Source: a virus (Duplodnaviria; Caudoviricetes). Taken from it: a DNA stretch of 33,805 nt. Position numbers and translations under genes: made by a program. Every line of letters begins with the position of its first letter. Position 1 is the first letter of the stretch. The notes below the pieces were generated by a model, which saw nothing but the letters and a program-made list of their open reading frames with translations, was not told the origin of the DNA and made no database searches. Below are positions 8,814 through 16,093 of this stretch, in pieces. The stretch lies in the IMG/VR virus record IMGVR_UViG_3300032074_000022, positions 1 through 33,805 of that record; one strand, given 5' to 3'.

Positions 8814-9384
8814 GAACGAGGGCAGCGATCCCTTCGAGGGTCGACCCAGGGATGAGCTTGGGCGCTACAACCACGGGTCGTGGGAAGAACGCGAGCTGAA
8901 GATCCACGACCCGTTCATCCTGCCGGACAGGATGGAGCTGGAGCACGAGATCGAGCGCCCCAAGTACTGGTATGCCCACCAGCTCCGACTGGCCGGGGCG
9001 ACCTGGGCTGAGGTTGCTGAAGCTCTTGGCTACGCTTCGGCACAGTCTGCCCACGGTGCGGTAGCCAACGCGCTGGATAGGGCGGGACAGGCACGTCAGA
9101 CTGCTACCGAGATGCTCGACCTGGAGTTGGAGCGGCTGGACATGCTCCAGCTCGTGCACTGGCGGGCTGCCAGGCAGGGCGACATCAAAGCCACCGAGAT
9201 CGTGCTGAAGATCAGCGCCCAGCGGGCCAAGCTCATCGGCCTGGGTGAGACCTCGCAGTACGAGGACGAGAAGACCGACAAGTCGACCATCCTCATCGGC
9301 GGCAACGAGGACGAGTACATCGCGGGCATCAAGAAGGCCCAGGCCCTGCACCGCAAGCCCATCGAGGGGGAGGTGGCGGACTGA
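8806..9384 (+). CDS. Probable terminase small subunit (HTH-containing)
   Basis: LRLAGATWAEVAEALGY HTH, then LELERLD.L...W.AA.QGDIKA...LKI..QRAKLIGL pattern typical of actinophage TerS-like proteins. Confidence 0.6.
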   Translation: MSENEGSDPFEGRPRDELGRYNHGSWEERELKIHDPFILPDRMELEHEIERPKYWYAHQLRLAGATWAEVAEALGYASAQSAHGAVANALDRAGQARQTATEMLDLELERLDMLQLVHWRAARQGDIKATEIVLKISAQRAKLIGLGETSQYEDEKTDKSTILIGGNEDEYIAGIKKAQALHRKPIEGEVAD

Positions 9385-9575
9385 TGTTCGATCCCGGCGA
9401 CAACGTCAGCATCACGATGGACGGCGAGCCGTGGGGCTACGGCGTGGTCATCAGGGATGCGGGCAGCAACGTGTGGACCCGCGTGCCGATGCGCCGAAGC
9501 GATGGTGGCAGGGCGATGAAGATCTACCCGTTCAGCCCGAGGCAACTCATCAGGGAACTTAGGGACGACGACTGA
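9384..9575 (+). CDS. Hypothetical protein (possible SH3-like fold)
   Basis: MFDPGDNV...GVV; TGATG coupling. Confidence 0.6.
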   Translation: MFDPGDNVSITMDGEPWGYGVVIRDAGSNVWTRVPMRRSDGGRAMKIYPFSPRQLIRELRDDD

Positions 9576-9787
9576 TGCCCGCGCCGCGCAAGGAGAACCG
9601 CCAGCACAGACGTGCCCGGGAGCGACGCGCGGCCAAGGGCCTTCCACATGCTTGTCCACAGTGCGTGGACGAGATCGACCTGGAGGAGAAGATCCGCCAG
9701 ATGCCAACACCTAGGGGATGGAAGAAGAATGGGTATCGGGTTCGAGGAGATCAACCGGCGCATGGGCTATCACCCAGCGACGGCTGA
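9575..9787 (+). CDS. Hypothetical basic protein with CxxC
   Basis: TGATG coupling; HACPQC; overlaps the next gene by 59 nt. Confidence 0.45.
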   Translation: MPAPRKENRQHRRARERRAAKGLPHACPQCVDEIDLEEKIRQMPTPRGWKKNGYRVRGDQPAHGLSPSDG

Positions 9788-10064
9788 CACGATCCCTCAG
9801 TTCGAGCGCAACAGGCACGAGGCCATCAGCCTGGCCGACATGTGGGACCAGTGGCTGCCCGATGGGCGGGAGAAGTCCCTAGCCCTCACCGCGCTCCAGG
9901 AGGCCCTGATGTGGGCCAACGCTGCGGTGGCGTGTCAGACGCAGGCTGAGCCGTTCAACCCCTTGCTGTGCAACGTGCCGACCGGTGCTCCCACCGGTCA
10001 TCGCTGCCAGCACATCGCTGGTCATGGTGGCCTGCACCGGGACGGGAGCGTGTCTTGGTCATGA
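9729..10064 (+). CDS. Acb2/Tad1-like hairpin-domain protein with C-terminal C2H2-type Zn finger
   Basis: YHPA...R...A...LPDGREKSLALTALQEALMWANAAVA, then C..RCQHIAGHGGLH. Confidence 0.7.
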   Translation: MGIGFEEINRRMGYHPATADTIPQFERNRHEAISLADMWDQWLPDGREKSLALTALQEALMWANAAVACQTQAEPFNPLLCNVPTGAPTGHRCQHIAGHGGLHRDGSVSWS

Positions 10065-10204
10065 AGACCGCCATCGCCTTCGTGGTGTTGTTCGTACTGT
10101 CCATCGTGGCCAGCGTCTATGTGCACAACTTCGCGTCGTGCGACAAGCTGGGTTACCTGCCCGTCAAGGACCTGCCAGCCCGCTGCCTGATGGTGAAGCC
10201 ATGA
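10061..10204 (+). CDS. Small membrane/secreted protein
   Basis: N-terminal hydrophobic helix, two Cys; ATGA overlaps. Confidence 0.6.
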   Translation: MKTAIAFVVLFVLSIVASVYVHNFASCDKLGYLPVKDLPARCLMVKP

Positions 10205-10386
10205 AGCGCATCCTGGCCCTCTGCCTGCTGGGCATCGGGCTGCTGACCGGCTGCCAGTACGACCCGGGCTACTACGACCCAGGTCCCACGGTGATCGTGC
10301 ACCACCACACCGTGGTCCACCACTACGTGCACCACGTCTACCGTGCACCCTCCTACCGCCGCAGCTACAGCTACCGGAGGCACTGA
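10201..10386 (+). CDS. Small His/Tyr/Arg-rich lipoprotein
   Basis: Signal peptide MKRILALCLLGIGL with lipobox LTGC. Confidence 0.7.
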   Translation: MKRILALCLLGIGLLTGCQYDPGYYDPGPTVIVHHHTVVHHYVHHVYRAPSYRRSYSYRRH

Positions 10387-10517
10387 TGGACCCACTGGAG
10401 GCGTACCGGGAGATGCAGGGCCACAGCCACGTCTGGACCCCACTTGCGGTGACCTACGACCACTGCGAGAGCTGCGGGGCGACACGCCTAAAGCCGGGGG
10501 ACGACGATGCTGACTGA
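10386..10517 (+). CDS. Small Zn-binding protein
   Basis: HSHVW...CESCG; TGATG coupling. Confidence 0.55.
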   Translation: MDPLEAYREMQGHSHVWTPLAVTYDHCESCGATRLKPGDDDAD

Positions 10518-10632
10518 GTACGGCGTGCCCTTCCTCATCTGGATGGATGAGAAGGCGATCCCCAAGGCGTATGACGCGCTGGACTGGTTCGCCGACTACA
10601 CCGGGAGATGGCGTAAGCTCCTCGGCGTCTGA
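10507..10632 (+). CDS. Hypothetical protein (41 aa)
   Basis: MLTEYGVPFLIW...; ends just before the hairpin. Confidence 0.5.
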   Translation: MLTEYGVPFLIWMDEKAIPKAYDALDWFADYTGRWRKLLGV

Positions 10633-10645
10633 GTTGCATCGGACG

Positions 10646-10689
10646 GAAGCCCCACCACCTCGTCTAACAGGCCAGGTTGGTGGGGCTTC
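10646..10689 (+). terminator. Probable intrinsic terminator hairpin
   Basis: GAAGCCCCACCA / TGGTGGGGCTTC 12-bp perfect inverted repeat after an operon end; weak U-tract. Confidence 0.65.
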
Positions 10690-10732
10690 TGCATGTCCGG
10701 ACACAGGTGCCCATCGTCGGTCTGATGTGGGC

Positions 10733-10852
10733 ATGGCTGATGTGTGCCCGGAGTGCGGTGGCAAGGGGATCGTCGAGGACATCTTCGGCGACGAGGACAT
10801 CTGCGACGTGTGCGATGGTGACGGGCGTGTCAGCCGCAAGCAGAGGTTCTGA
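10733..10852 (+). CDS. DnaJ-type CxxCxGxG zinc-finger miniprotein
   Basis: CPECGGKG...CDVCDGDG; GACAC at -33. Confidence 0.7.
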   Translation: MADVCPECGGKGIVEDIFGDEDICDVCDGDGRVSRKQRF

Positions 10853-10886
10853 CGAAGGATCAACCTCTGGTTTGGCAACACTCTGC

Positions 10887-10923
10887 GTATGACGGTCATA
10901 CACCCACTGCTACTGTGTATGAC
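10887..10923 (+). promoter_or_regulatory. Promoter overlapped by three GTCATAC half-sites
   Basis: GTATGAC-g-GTCATACAC-N11-GTGTATGAC; -10-like TACTGT at 10911-10916. Confidence 0.65.
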
Positions 10924-11094
10924 GTGAGCGACGCACAGAGAGTTCTTCTCTCCATCAAGGTCAAGCCGGAGTCCAAGGCAGCCCTCGCCAGGGTGGCGCA
11001 GGAGATGAGCCTGACACTCTCCGAAGTGGCACGCATGGCCCTATCCAAGGGTCTCGCCGCCATCGAGTCCGAGCGCAACTACAGGAGGAAGTGA
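10924..11094 (+). CDS. Ribbon-helix-helix (CopG/Arc-like) DNA-binding protein
   Basis: VLLSIKV (strand)-PESKAALARVAQEM-SLTLSEVARMALSKGL; probably leaderless. Confidence 0.7.
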   Translation: MSDAQRVLLSIKVKPESKAALARVAQEMSLTLSEVARMALSKGLAAIESERNYRRK

Positions 11095-11095
11095 C

Positions 11096-11284
11096 ATGCC
11101 CGGAACGATCTTCGGCTCAGCCACCGAGCTGACCAAGGCCAAGCCCGCGTGGTTCGAGAACATCTGCGCCGAGCTGGGCTACAAGAAGCACCAGGTGCTC
11201 AGCATCCGGTTCCTGCCGGACAGCGTCACCGTGGTCTACGAGGACGGGCCGGTGCTCAGCCGCAACGTCCACAAGATCGGCTGA
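11096..11284 (+). CDS. Hypothetical protein
   Basis: AGGAGG site; 62 aa. Confidence 0.7.
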   Translation: MPGTIFGSATELTKAKPAWFENICAELGYKKHQVLSIRFLPDSVTVVYEDGPVLSRNVHKIG

Positions 11285-11511
11285 TGGAGAAGGCGTTCGC
11301 CTCGATCCAGGAGATCGCCAAGTGGTTGGGCACCAGCGAGACGACCGTCAACCGCATGGTGCACTCGGGCGAGCTACCCGGCTTCTGGATCCAGAGAACC
11401 ATCCGCATCCCGATCAAGGCAGTACACGAGTACCTGGACGCCCACCAGGTGATCCCCGACCACGACGAGTCGTTCGTCCTCCAGCGCAACCTGAAGGCGG
11501 TACCTAGATGA
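11284..11511 (+). CDS. Excisionase-like (MerR-superfamily) HTH DNA-binding protein
   Basis: SIQEIAKWLGTSETTVNRMVHSGELPG...IRIP...V.EYL. Confidence 0.8.
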   Translation: MEKAFASIQEIAKWLGTSETTVNRMVHSGELPGFWIQRTIRIPIKAVHEYLDAHQVIPDHDESFVLQRNLKAVPR

Positions 11512-11708
11512 ACGAGTTGTTCTGCGACATCTGCGAGGTGTCCATCCCCTGGGACTACACCAAGATGAAGTCCTGGAAGTCAGTCAAGCCTGCTGCTAGC
11601 TTCGCCCCGCATCACGTCGAGTACCACCTCTGCGACCGCTGCTGGGAGTTCCTCCAGGACAACCACGCGGCGCTGATGATCCGTCACGGGCGGGTGGCCA
11701 ACCCATGA
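11508..11708 (+). CDS. Small Zn-finger protein
   Basis: FCDIC...HLCDRC. Confidence 0.7.
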   Translation: MNELFCDICEVSIPWDYTKMKSWKSVKPAASFAPHHVEYHLCDRCWEFLQDNHAALMIRHGRVANP

Positions 11709-11899
11709 GCCTGATCTACCGCTGTGACGGCTGCGGGAAGCAGAGGGACTACCTCAGCGAGTCCTGGAGCACCGTCACGATCATCCATGAGACCCAGGTG
11801 TTCACGATGGAGGAGGACGCCAACAAGACCGAGGTGTACCACTTCTGCCTGGAATGCCGGAGCAACAAGAAGGAGTGGCCACGTGAGTCTGCTGAGTGA
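11705..11899 (+). CDS. Small Zn-finger protein
   Basis: RCDGC...HFCLEC. Confidence 0.7.
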   Translation: MSLIYRCDGCGKQRDYLSESWSTVTIIHETQVFTMEEDANKTEVYHFCLECRSNKKEWPRESAE

Positions 11900-12443
11900 C
11901 CGCGACATCGTCGGTGCGCTGAAGTGCTTCCAGATCGACATCCTGCCGTTCAACAACGACCAGCTCCAGCCCGCCAGCTACGACGTGCGGCTGTCCAGCC
12001 TGTTCCGCTACTTCCGGGACTGGCAGACGATGGAGGCCATCGACCCCAAGGAGGAGCAGCTCGACTCCGTCCTGGTGGACACCTTCGGTGATCCTTTCGT
12101 GCTGGCACCGGGGCAGTTCATCCTGGCGTCCACGCACGAGTCGATCACGCTGCCGGACAACATCGGGGCGAGGTACGAGGGCAAGTCCTCGGTCGGGCGG
12201 CTCGGGGTGCTCACCCACGTCACGGCGGGCTTCATCGACCCGGGCTTCAGCGGCACCATCACGCTGGAGCTGCACAACCTGCGTCAGCGCCCGATCAGGC
12301 TGTACCCGGGGATGAAGATCGGGCAGGTCTGCTTCTACGACCTGACCAGTCGGGCCAACCTGCCCTACGGCAGTGCCAACAACCACTACCAGGACCAGGA
12401 AGGCCCCGTGCCCTCCGCCATCCACAAGCAGTTCGAGGAGTAA
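11883..12443 (+). CDS. dcd: dCTP deaminase
   Basis: LLSDRDI, QPASYDVRL, EGKSSVGRLG, TAGFIDPGFSGTITLEL, PYG....YQDQ.GP. Confidence 0.95.
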   Translation: MSLLSDRDIVGALKCFQIDILPFNNDQLQPASYDVRLSSLFRYFRDWQTMEAIDPKEEQLDSVLVDTFGDPFVLAPGQFILASTHESITLPDNIGARYEGKSSVGRLGVLTHVTAGFIDPGFSGTITLELHNLRQRPIRLYPGMKIGQVCFYDLTSRANLPYGSANNHYQDQEGPVPSAIHKQFEE

Positions 12444-12445
12444 CC

Positions 12446-12739
12446 ATGATCGTCTGGATTCTCGCGTTCATCATCGTCGCGGCCATCGTTGGCATCGTGC
12501 TGCTCTGGCCACGTACCGAGACGATCACGTACAAGCACCGCGCACCCAAGGACATCAAGCAGTGGTCTCCTCCCACGCCTGATCCGGTGAGCAAGCACTA
12601 CGTGGACCACACCTCGGAGTTCTCGGCCATCCCGCACGGCGCGAACAAGCACTACGTGGACGCCACGGCCGAGCACCAGTGGCTGGGGTCACGCACCGAC
12701 ACCGTTGCGATGCAGGCAGTCAAGCCTGATACCGTGTAG
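12446..12739 (+). CDS. Membrane-anchored protein
   Basis: GAGGAG site; N-terminal TM helix; internal repeat KHYVD x2. Confidence 0.7.
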   Translation: MIVWILAFIIVAAIVGIVLLWPRTETITYKHRAPKDIKQWSPPTPDPVSKHYVDHTSEFSAIPHGANKHYVDATAEHQWLGSRTDTVAMQAVKPDTV

Positions 12740-12741
12740 CT

Positions 12742-12845
12742 GTTGGCCCGGAAATCCAACGATCACAACTGAATAGGTGACTGGCCCGCAGTCAACCCAT
12801 AACCAGGTTGGCAATCCGTCGGCAAACCGGTGTGGGCCAGTCACC
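12742..12845 (+). ncRNA. Candidate structured non-coding RNA
   Basis: Extended -10 TGaTACCGT upstream; 5' hairpin; 15-bp stem 12776-12790/12831-12845 enclosing two hairpins. Confidence 0.45.
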
Positions 12846-12926
12846 AGACACAAGCTGAGCCCATAAGCCAACGTCATGGTCGGGCGACCAGGGTGGGCGG
12901 GGATCGACAACCCCACGGCCCGCTAC

Positions 12927-12997
12927 TCTCCCTTCGTCCAATGGCAGGACACGCGGTTCTGGACCGTGGAATCGAGGTTCGAGTCCTTGGGGGAGAG
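12927..12997 (+). tRNA. tRNA-Gln(CTG)
   Basis: Acceptor TCTCCCT/GGGGAGA, anticodon arm CGCGG-TTCTGGA-CCGTG, T arm CGAGG-TTCGAGT-CCTTG. Confidence 0.9.
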
Positions 12998-13001
12998 CCG
13001 A

Positions 13002-13074
13002 GGGGCTGACCCAGGGCGTCCAGGGGACGAGGGCTGGTCATCGTAGGAGAGGTTCGAGTCCTCCCGGCCCCCCA
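13002..13074 (+). tRNA. Aberrant tRNA-like element (anticodon undetermined)
   Basis: GGGGCTG/CGGCCCC stem followed by CCA, GGTTCGAGTCC T arm; non-canonical D and anticodon arms. Confidence 0.55.
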
Positions 13075-13075
13075 T

Positions 13076-13148
13076 TCTCCGGTAGCTCAGTTGGCAGAGC
13101 ACGCGACTGTTACTCGCGGTGTCTGAGGTTCGAGTCCTCATCGGAGAG
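13076..13148 (+). tRNA. tRNA-Asn(GTT)
   Basis: TAGCTCAGTTGGCAGAGC D arm, CGCGA-CTGTTAC-TCGCG, TGAGG-TTCGAGT-CCTCA. Confidence 0.92.
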
Positions 13149-13151
13149 CAC

Positions 13152-13229
13152 GCGGAGAAGCTCACTGGTGTGGGAACCCGGCTGTAAACCGGGCGCTTCG
13201 GCAGGGTGGTTCGATCCCATCTCTCCGCA
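13152..13229 (+). tRNA. tRNA-Tyr(GTA)
   Basis: GCGGAGA/TCTCCGC acceptor, CCCGG-CTGTAAA-CCGGG, variable arm GCTTCGGC. Confidence 0.85.
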
Positions 13230-13265
13230 CAAGACACGGATGCACGAGCGGGCGATGATCAGCTC

Positions 13266-14597
13266 GTGCTGCTGATCACCCCCAACTCTGGCCCGTTGCC
13301 TCGGCCGATCTACCTCCTCACGGGGGATCGAGCCACCAAGGTGCTGGACGCCACCAGCTCGGCTGCGCTCCAGGCCAAGGGGGTCAACCTGGCCACCCTG
13401 TCGCTGAGCAACTTCAACGCGCTCATCAGCACACTGGTGCCTCCCACTGTGCCGGGCATCGACCCGGTCACGGGCAAGCTGACCGACAAGACGATGCCGG
13501 ACTACCTGAGTGTCGCGGCAATCAACGCACTCAACCTGCTCGACCCGAACACCCACCAGGTCGAGGAGCAGTTCATCCCCGACCGGCTGAGTCAGACCAG
13601 CATCAACGCGATGGTGCTGGCGCAGAACTCCACCGTCGTGGACACCGACCCGGACGGCTACCCGGTGGTCGTCGGTGGGTCGGACACCACCACCGACTTC
13701 ACCGTCACCGGCACGCTGACCGCTGGCACCTCCACGGCCGCCACGGGGCACGCGGACATCCTCACCGCCAACCAGTTCACCACGACCTACTCCGAGTCGA
13801 CCTCGTACGTCACGGACAACCAGACCACCGAGCCAGCCTCGCCCGCCATCGGCAAGCTCAGGCAGTACTCGGACGCCAACGGTCGTGTGGTGTGGAAGGA
13901 CCAGGAAGCAACCCTCTGGCGGGCGTCGTCCAAGCGGATCGTCACCTCGTGGCCACTCGCCGCCGACAGCTACCTCGGGGACGAGGCGATTGACTCCAAC
14001 ACCGGTGAGCACCGCATCTACCTCGGGACGTCCAAGGGATGGCGTCTGGCCAGTCCCCACGAGGTTTCGTCACTGACGGAACGGGACGCACTGACCAACC
14101 TGTACCCCGGCTACCGGGTGTACGTGACCTCGGGCCAGGACCAGATCCACGTCTGGCAGGACGACAACAAGTGGCACGGGACCAAGAGCTTCCGCATCAC
14201 CGGCGCACCGTTCAGCGTCTACACGAACGTCAACGACACCAACTGGCGCAGGATCGGGGCGACGACCATCGTCGACCCGGGCTACCCGTACCACGTGACG
14301 TCGCGGGTCAACATGCACATCGCGGGCAACGCCAAGCAGCTCGCCTACCTGTGGGTGCAGATCAGCGACCCGAACGGGACGGGCAACCTCCAGCAGTTCA
14401 GCCGCAACTTCAAGGCGATGCCCAACGGCGGTGAGCCTGCGGGCTACCTGACCTTCCCCGGCATCGCCGGGATGACCGATCAGGTCCAGGAGGGCACCCG
14501 GCTGGTCACGGTGCTCTGGATGGTGAACACCCCCAACGCCAAGGCGACCAACCCCATCGTGCACTCGGGGCACTCCTACGACGTCATTCCGGCATGA
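13266..14597 (+). CDS. Probable minor tail/virion fibre protein
   Basis: Thr/Gly-rich, beta-rich; the ORF-track start lies inside tRNA-Tyr, so GTG 13266 was chosen (GACAC at -33). Confidence 0.6.
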   Translation: MLLITPNSGPLPRPIYLLTGDRATKVLDATSSAALQAKGVNLATLSLSNFNALISTLVPPTVPGIDPVTGKLTDKTMPDYLSVAAINALNLLDPNTHQVEEQFIPDRLSQTSINAMVLAQNSTVVDTDPDGYPVVVGGSDTTTDFTVTGTLTAGTSTAATGHADILTANQFTTTYSESTSYVTDNQTTEPASPAIGKLRQYSDANGRVVWKDQEATLWRASSKRIVTSWPLAADSYLGDEAIDSNTGEHRIYLGTSKGWRLASPHEVSSLTERDALTNLYPGYRVYVTSGQDQIHVWQDDNKWHGTKSFRITGAPFSVYTNVNDTNWRRIGATTIVDPGYPYHVTSRVNMHIAGNAKQLAYLWVQISDPNGTGNLQQFSRNFKAMPNGGEPAGYLTFPGIAGMTDQVQEGTRLVTVLWMVNTPNAKATNPIVHSGHSYDVIPA

Positions 14598-14842
14598 TCC
14601 TCGCGTACCCGAGCCCGTGGCAGAACAGCAGCCCGCCGGTCTACCTGGTCGCCGACGACGTGGCGTTCTACCTGTTCGACACGCAGACGGTGCACAACTT
14701 CCAGCGCACCGGCATCCCCACGGTGCCAATGACACAGCAGGACATGAGCTGGATTCTGGATCTGCTCGACCCCACTCTCATCCACCCGTTGAGTGACACC
14801 GTGCCCCAGCGCGATCCTGCCGACCCGCTCGCCCACACCTGA
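14594..14842 (+). CDS. Small protein resembling the N-terminus of the preceding gene
   Basis: P.YL..D.A....D......Q..G...L.P pattern shared. Confidence 0.6.
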   Translation: MILAYPSPWQNSSPPVYLVADDVAFYLFDTQTVHNFQRTGIPTVPMTQQDMSWILDLLDPTLIHPLSDTVPQRDPADPLAHT

Positions 14843-14854
14843 TAGGTACGTGAG

Positions 14855-16054
14855 ATGACCACCCGAGTTCGCGTCGTCACCCCCGAGCTGCTCGACGCAG
14901 CGATGGCCAACATCATCAACGACCCCTCCTCGCAGTCCAACACCGCTGTCGGGGTGGTCGGTGCAAACACCGCCACCGTCAACGTCACCGGGGTGACCAC
15001 GGCTCAGGCCAACTCGCTCGTCCAGCGTGACGCGGCGGGGCGTACCCAGTTTGTCGACCCGGCTGTGCCTGCGGACGCGGCGACCAAGAACTACGTCGAC
15101 ACCAACATCTCCGCGCTGGGTGCCACCACGGCCACGGCGAACACCCTCGCCAAGCGGGACGGCGTGGGTGACCTGTCTGCGGTGGCCCTGCACGCCTCCG
15201 CTGCCGTCACCGCTGCCTCTGCCGTGATCAGCGGTACCGTCTCGGCCGGGGCCACCACGGTCACCAGCCTCAACGCCAGCACCGCCACCACCACCGGTGC
15301 AGTCACTGTCGGCAGCACGCTGACCGTCGCCTCCCGCGCCACCCTCAACGGCAGCGGGCTGACCATCGCCAGCACCGGCGACGTCAACTGGTCGGCCAAC
15401 GCCAACAGCTCGGTGCCCTTGCAGATCGGCCTGGACAACGGCAACCAGGTCATCATGGACAACAACGAGTTCGCCTCCCGCGTCTGGACGAACGGGACCT
15501 GGGCGTTGAGTTCCTACGGGATGACCGTCACCACGCTGACCGTCACCGGTGAACTGCGCTCCACCGTGCAGGGCAGCCTGTCCACCTCGGTGGTTGGTCG
15601 GGGCTACGCCGACACCCGCGTGGTGGCCATCTCCGGCACCTCCACCGCCCAGTCGATTGCCAGTGGGGGCGCCGCTCCCGTGCTGCTCACCTTCAACCAC
15701 GTCGACAAGGCCAACACCTCGCTGTGCACCACGGCGACCGGCAAGATCACCTGCGTCACGCCGGGCTGGTACATGGTCTTCGGACAGGCTTCGTTCAACA
15801 ACACCGCGCAGGCCGGGTTGGGCACGATGCGTTACTGCCAGGTGTGGCTCAACGGATCGGCCAGCGGCGGTCTTCCCTCCTCCTTCCTCCCGCCGGTCGA
15901 CTCGGACGTGCACTCCTACGTCCTCAACGCATCCGGCATGGTGTTTCTGAACGCCGGTGATTACCTCCAGCTCTATGTGCAGCAGGACTCGGGCTCTACC
16001 CTCACCCTTGACCAGACCTTGTCGTTCCTCCAGGTGTGCTACGTCAGCCCGTGA
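14855..16054 (+). CDS. Tail fibre-like protein with C-terminal C1q/TNF-like head
   Basis: ANSLVQRD/ANTLAKRD and DAATKNYVD fibre motifs; GKITCVTPGWYMV...VFLNAGDYLQLYV. Confidence 0.7.
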   Translation: MTTRVRVVTPELLDAAMANIINDPSSQSNTAVGVVGANTATVNVTGVTTAQANSLVQRDAAGRTQFVDPAVPADAATKNYVDTNISALGATTATANTLAKRDGVGDLSAVALHASAAVTAASAVISGTVSAGATTVTSLNASTATTTGAVTVGSTLTVASRATLNGSGLTIASTGDVNWSANANSSVPLQIGLDNGNQVIMDNNEFASRVWTNGTWALSSYGMTVTTLTVTGELRSTVQGSLSTSVVGRGYADTRVVAISGTSTAQSIASGGAAPVLLTFNHVDKANTSLCTTATGKITCVTPGWYMVFGQASFNNTAQAGLGTMRYCQVWLNGSASGGLPSSFLPPVDSDVHSYVLNASGMVFLNAGDYLQLYVQQDSGSTLTLDQTLSFLQVCYVSP

Positions 16055-16093
16055 TCGCAGGACAACGGGTGACATCTCGATCAGGCTCTCTAC

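Noticed and set aside
11284-11511. Excisionase-like HTH as evidence of a prophage
   Set aside because: No integrase, att site or host genes in the window; lifestyle cannot be determined.
13002-13074. tmRNA (starts GGGGCTGA)
   Set aside because: Only ~73 nt, no G3-U70 pair and no tag reading frame.
13206-13265. ORF-track N-terminal extension (likewise 18523, 30421, 11724, 9612)
   Set aside because: These overlap a tRNA or upstream genes; downstream starts fit coupling or promoter geometry better.
14822-14857. GAC at -33 of the 14855 gene as another promoter-family member
   Set aside because: Reads GACC rather than GACA and lacks T at -7.
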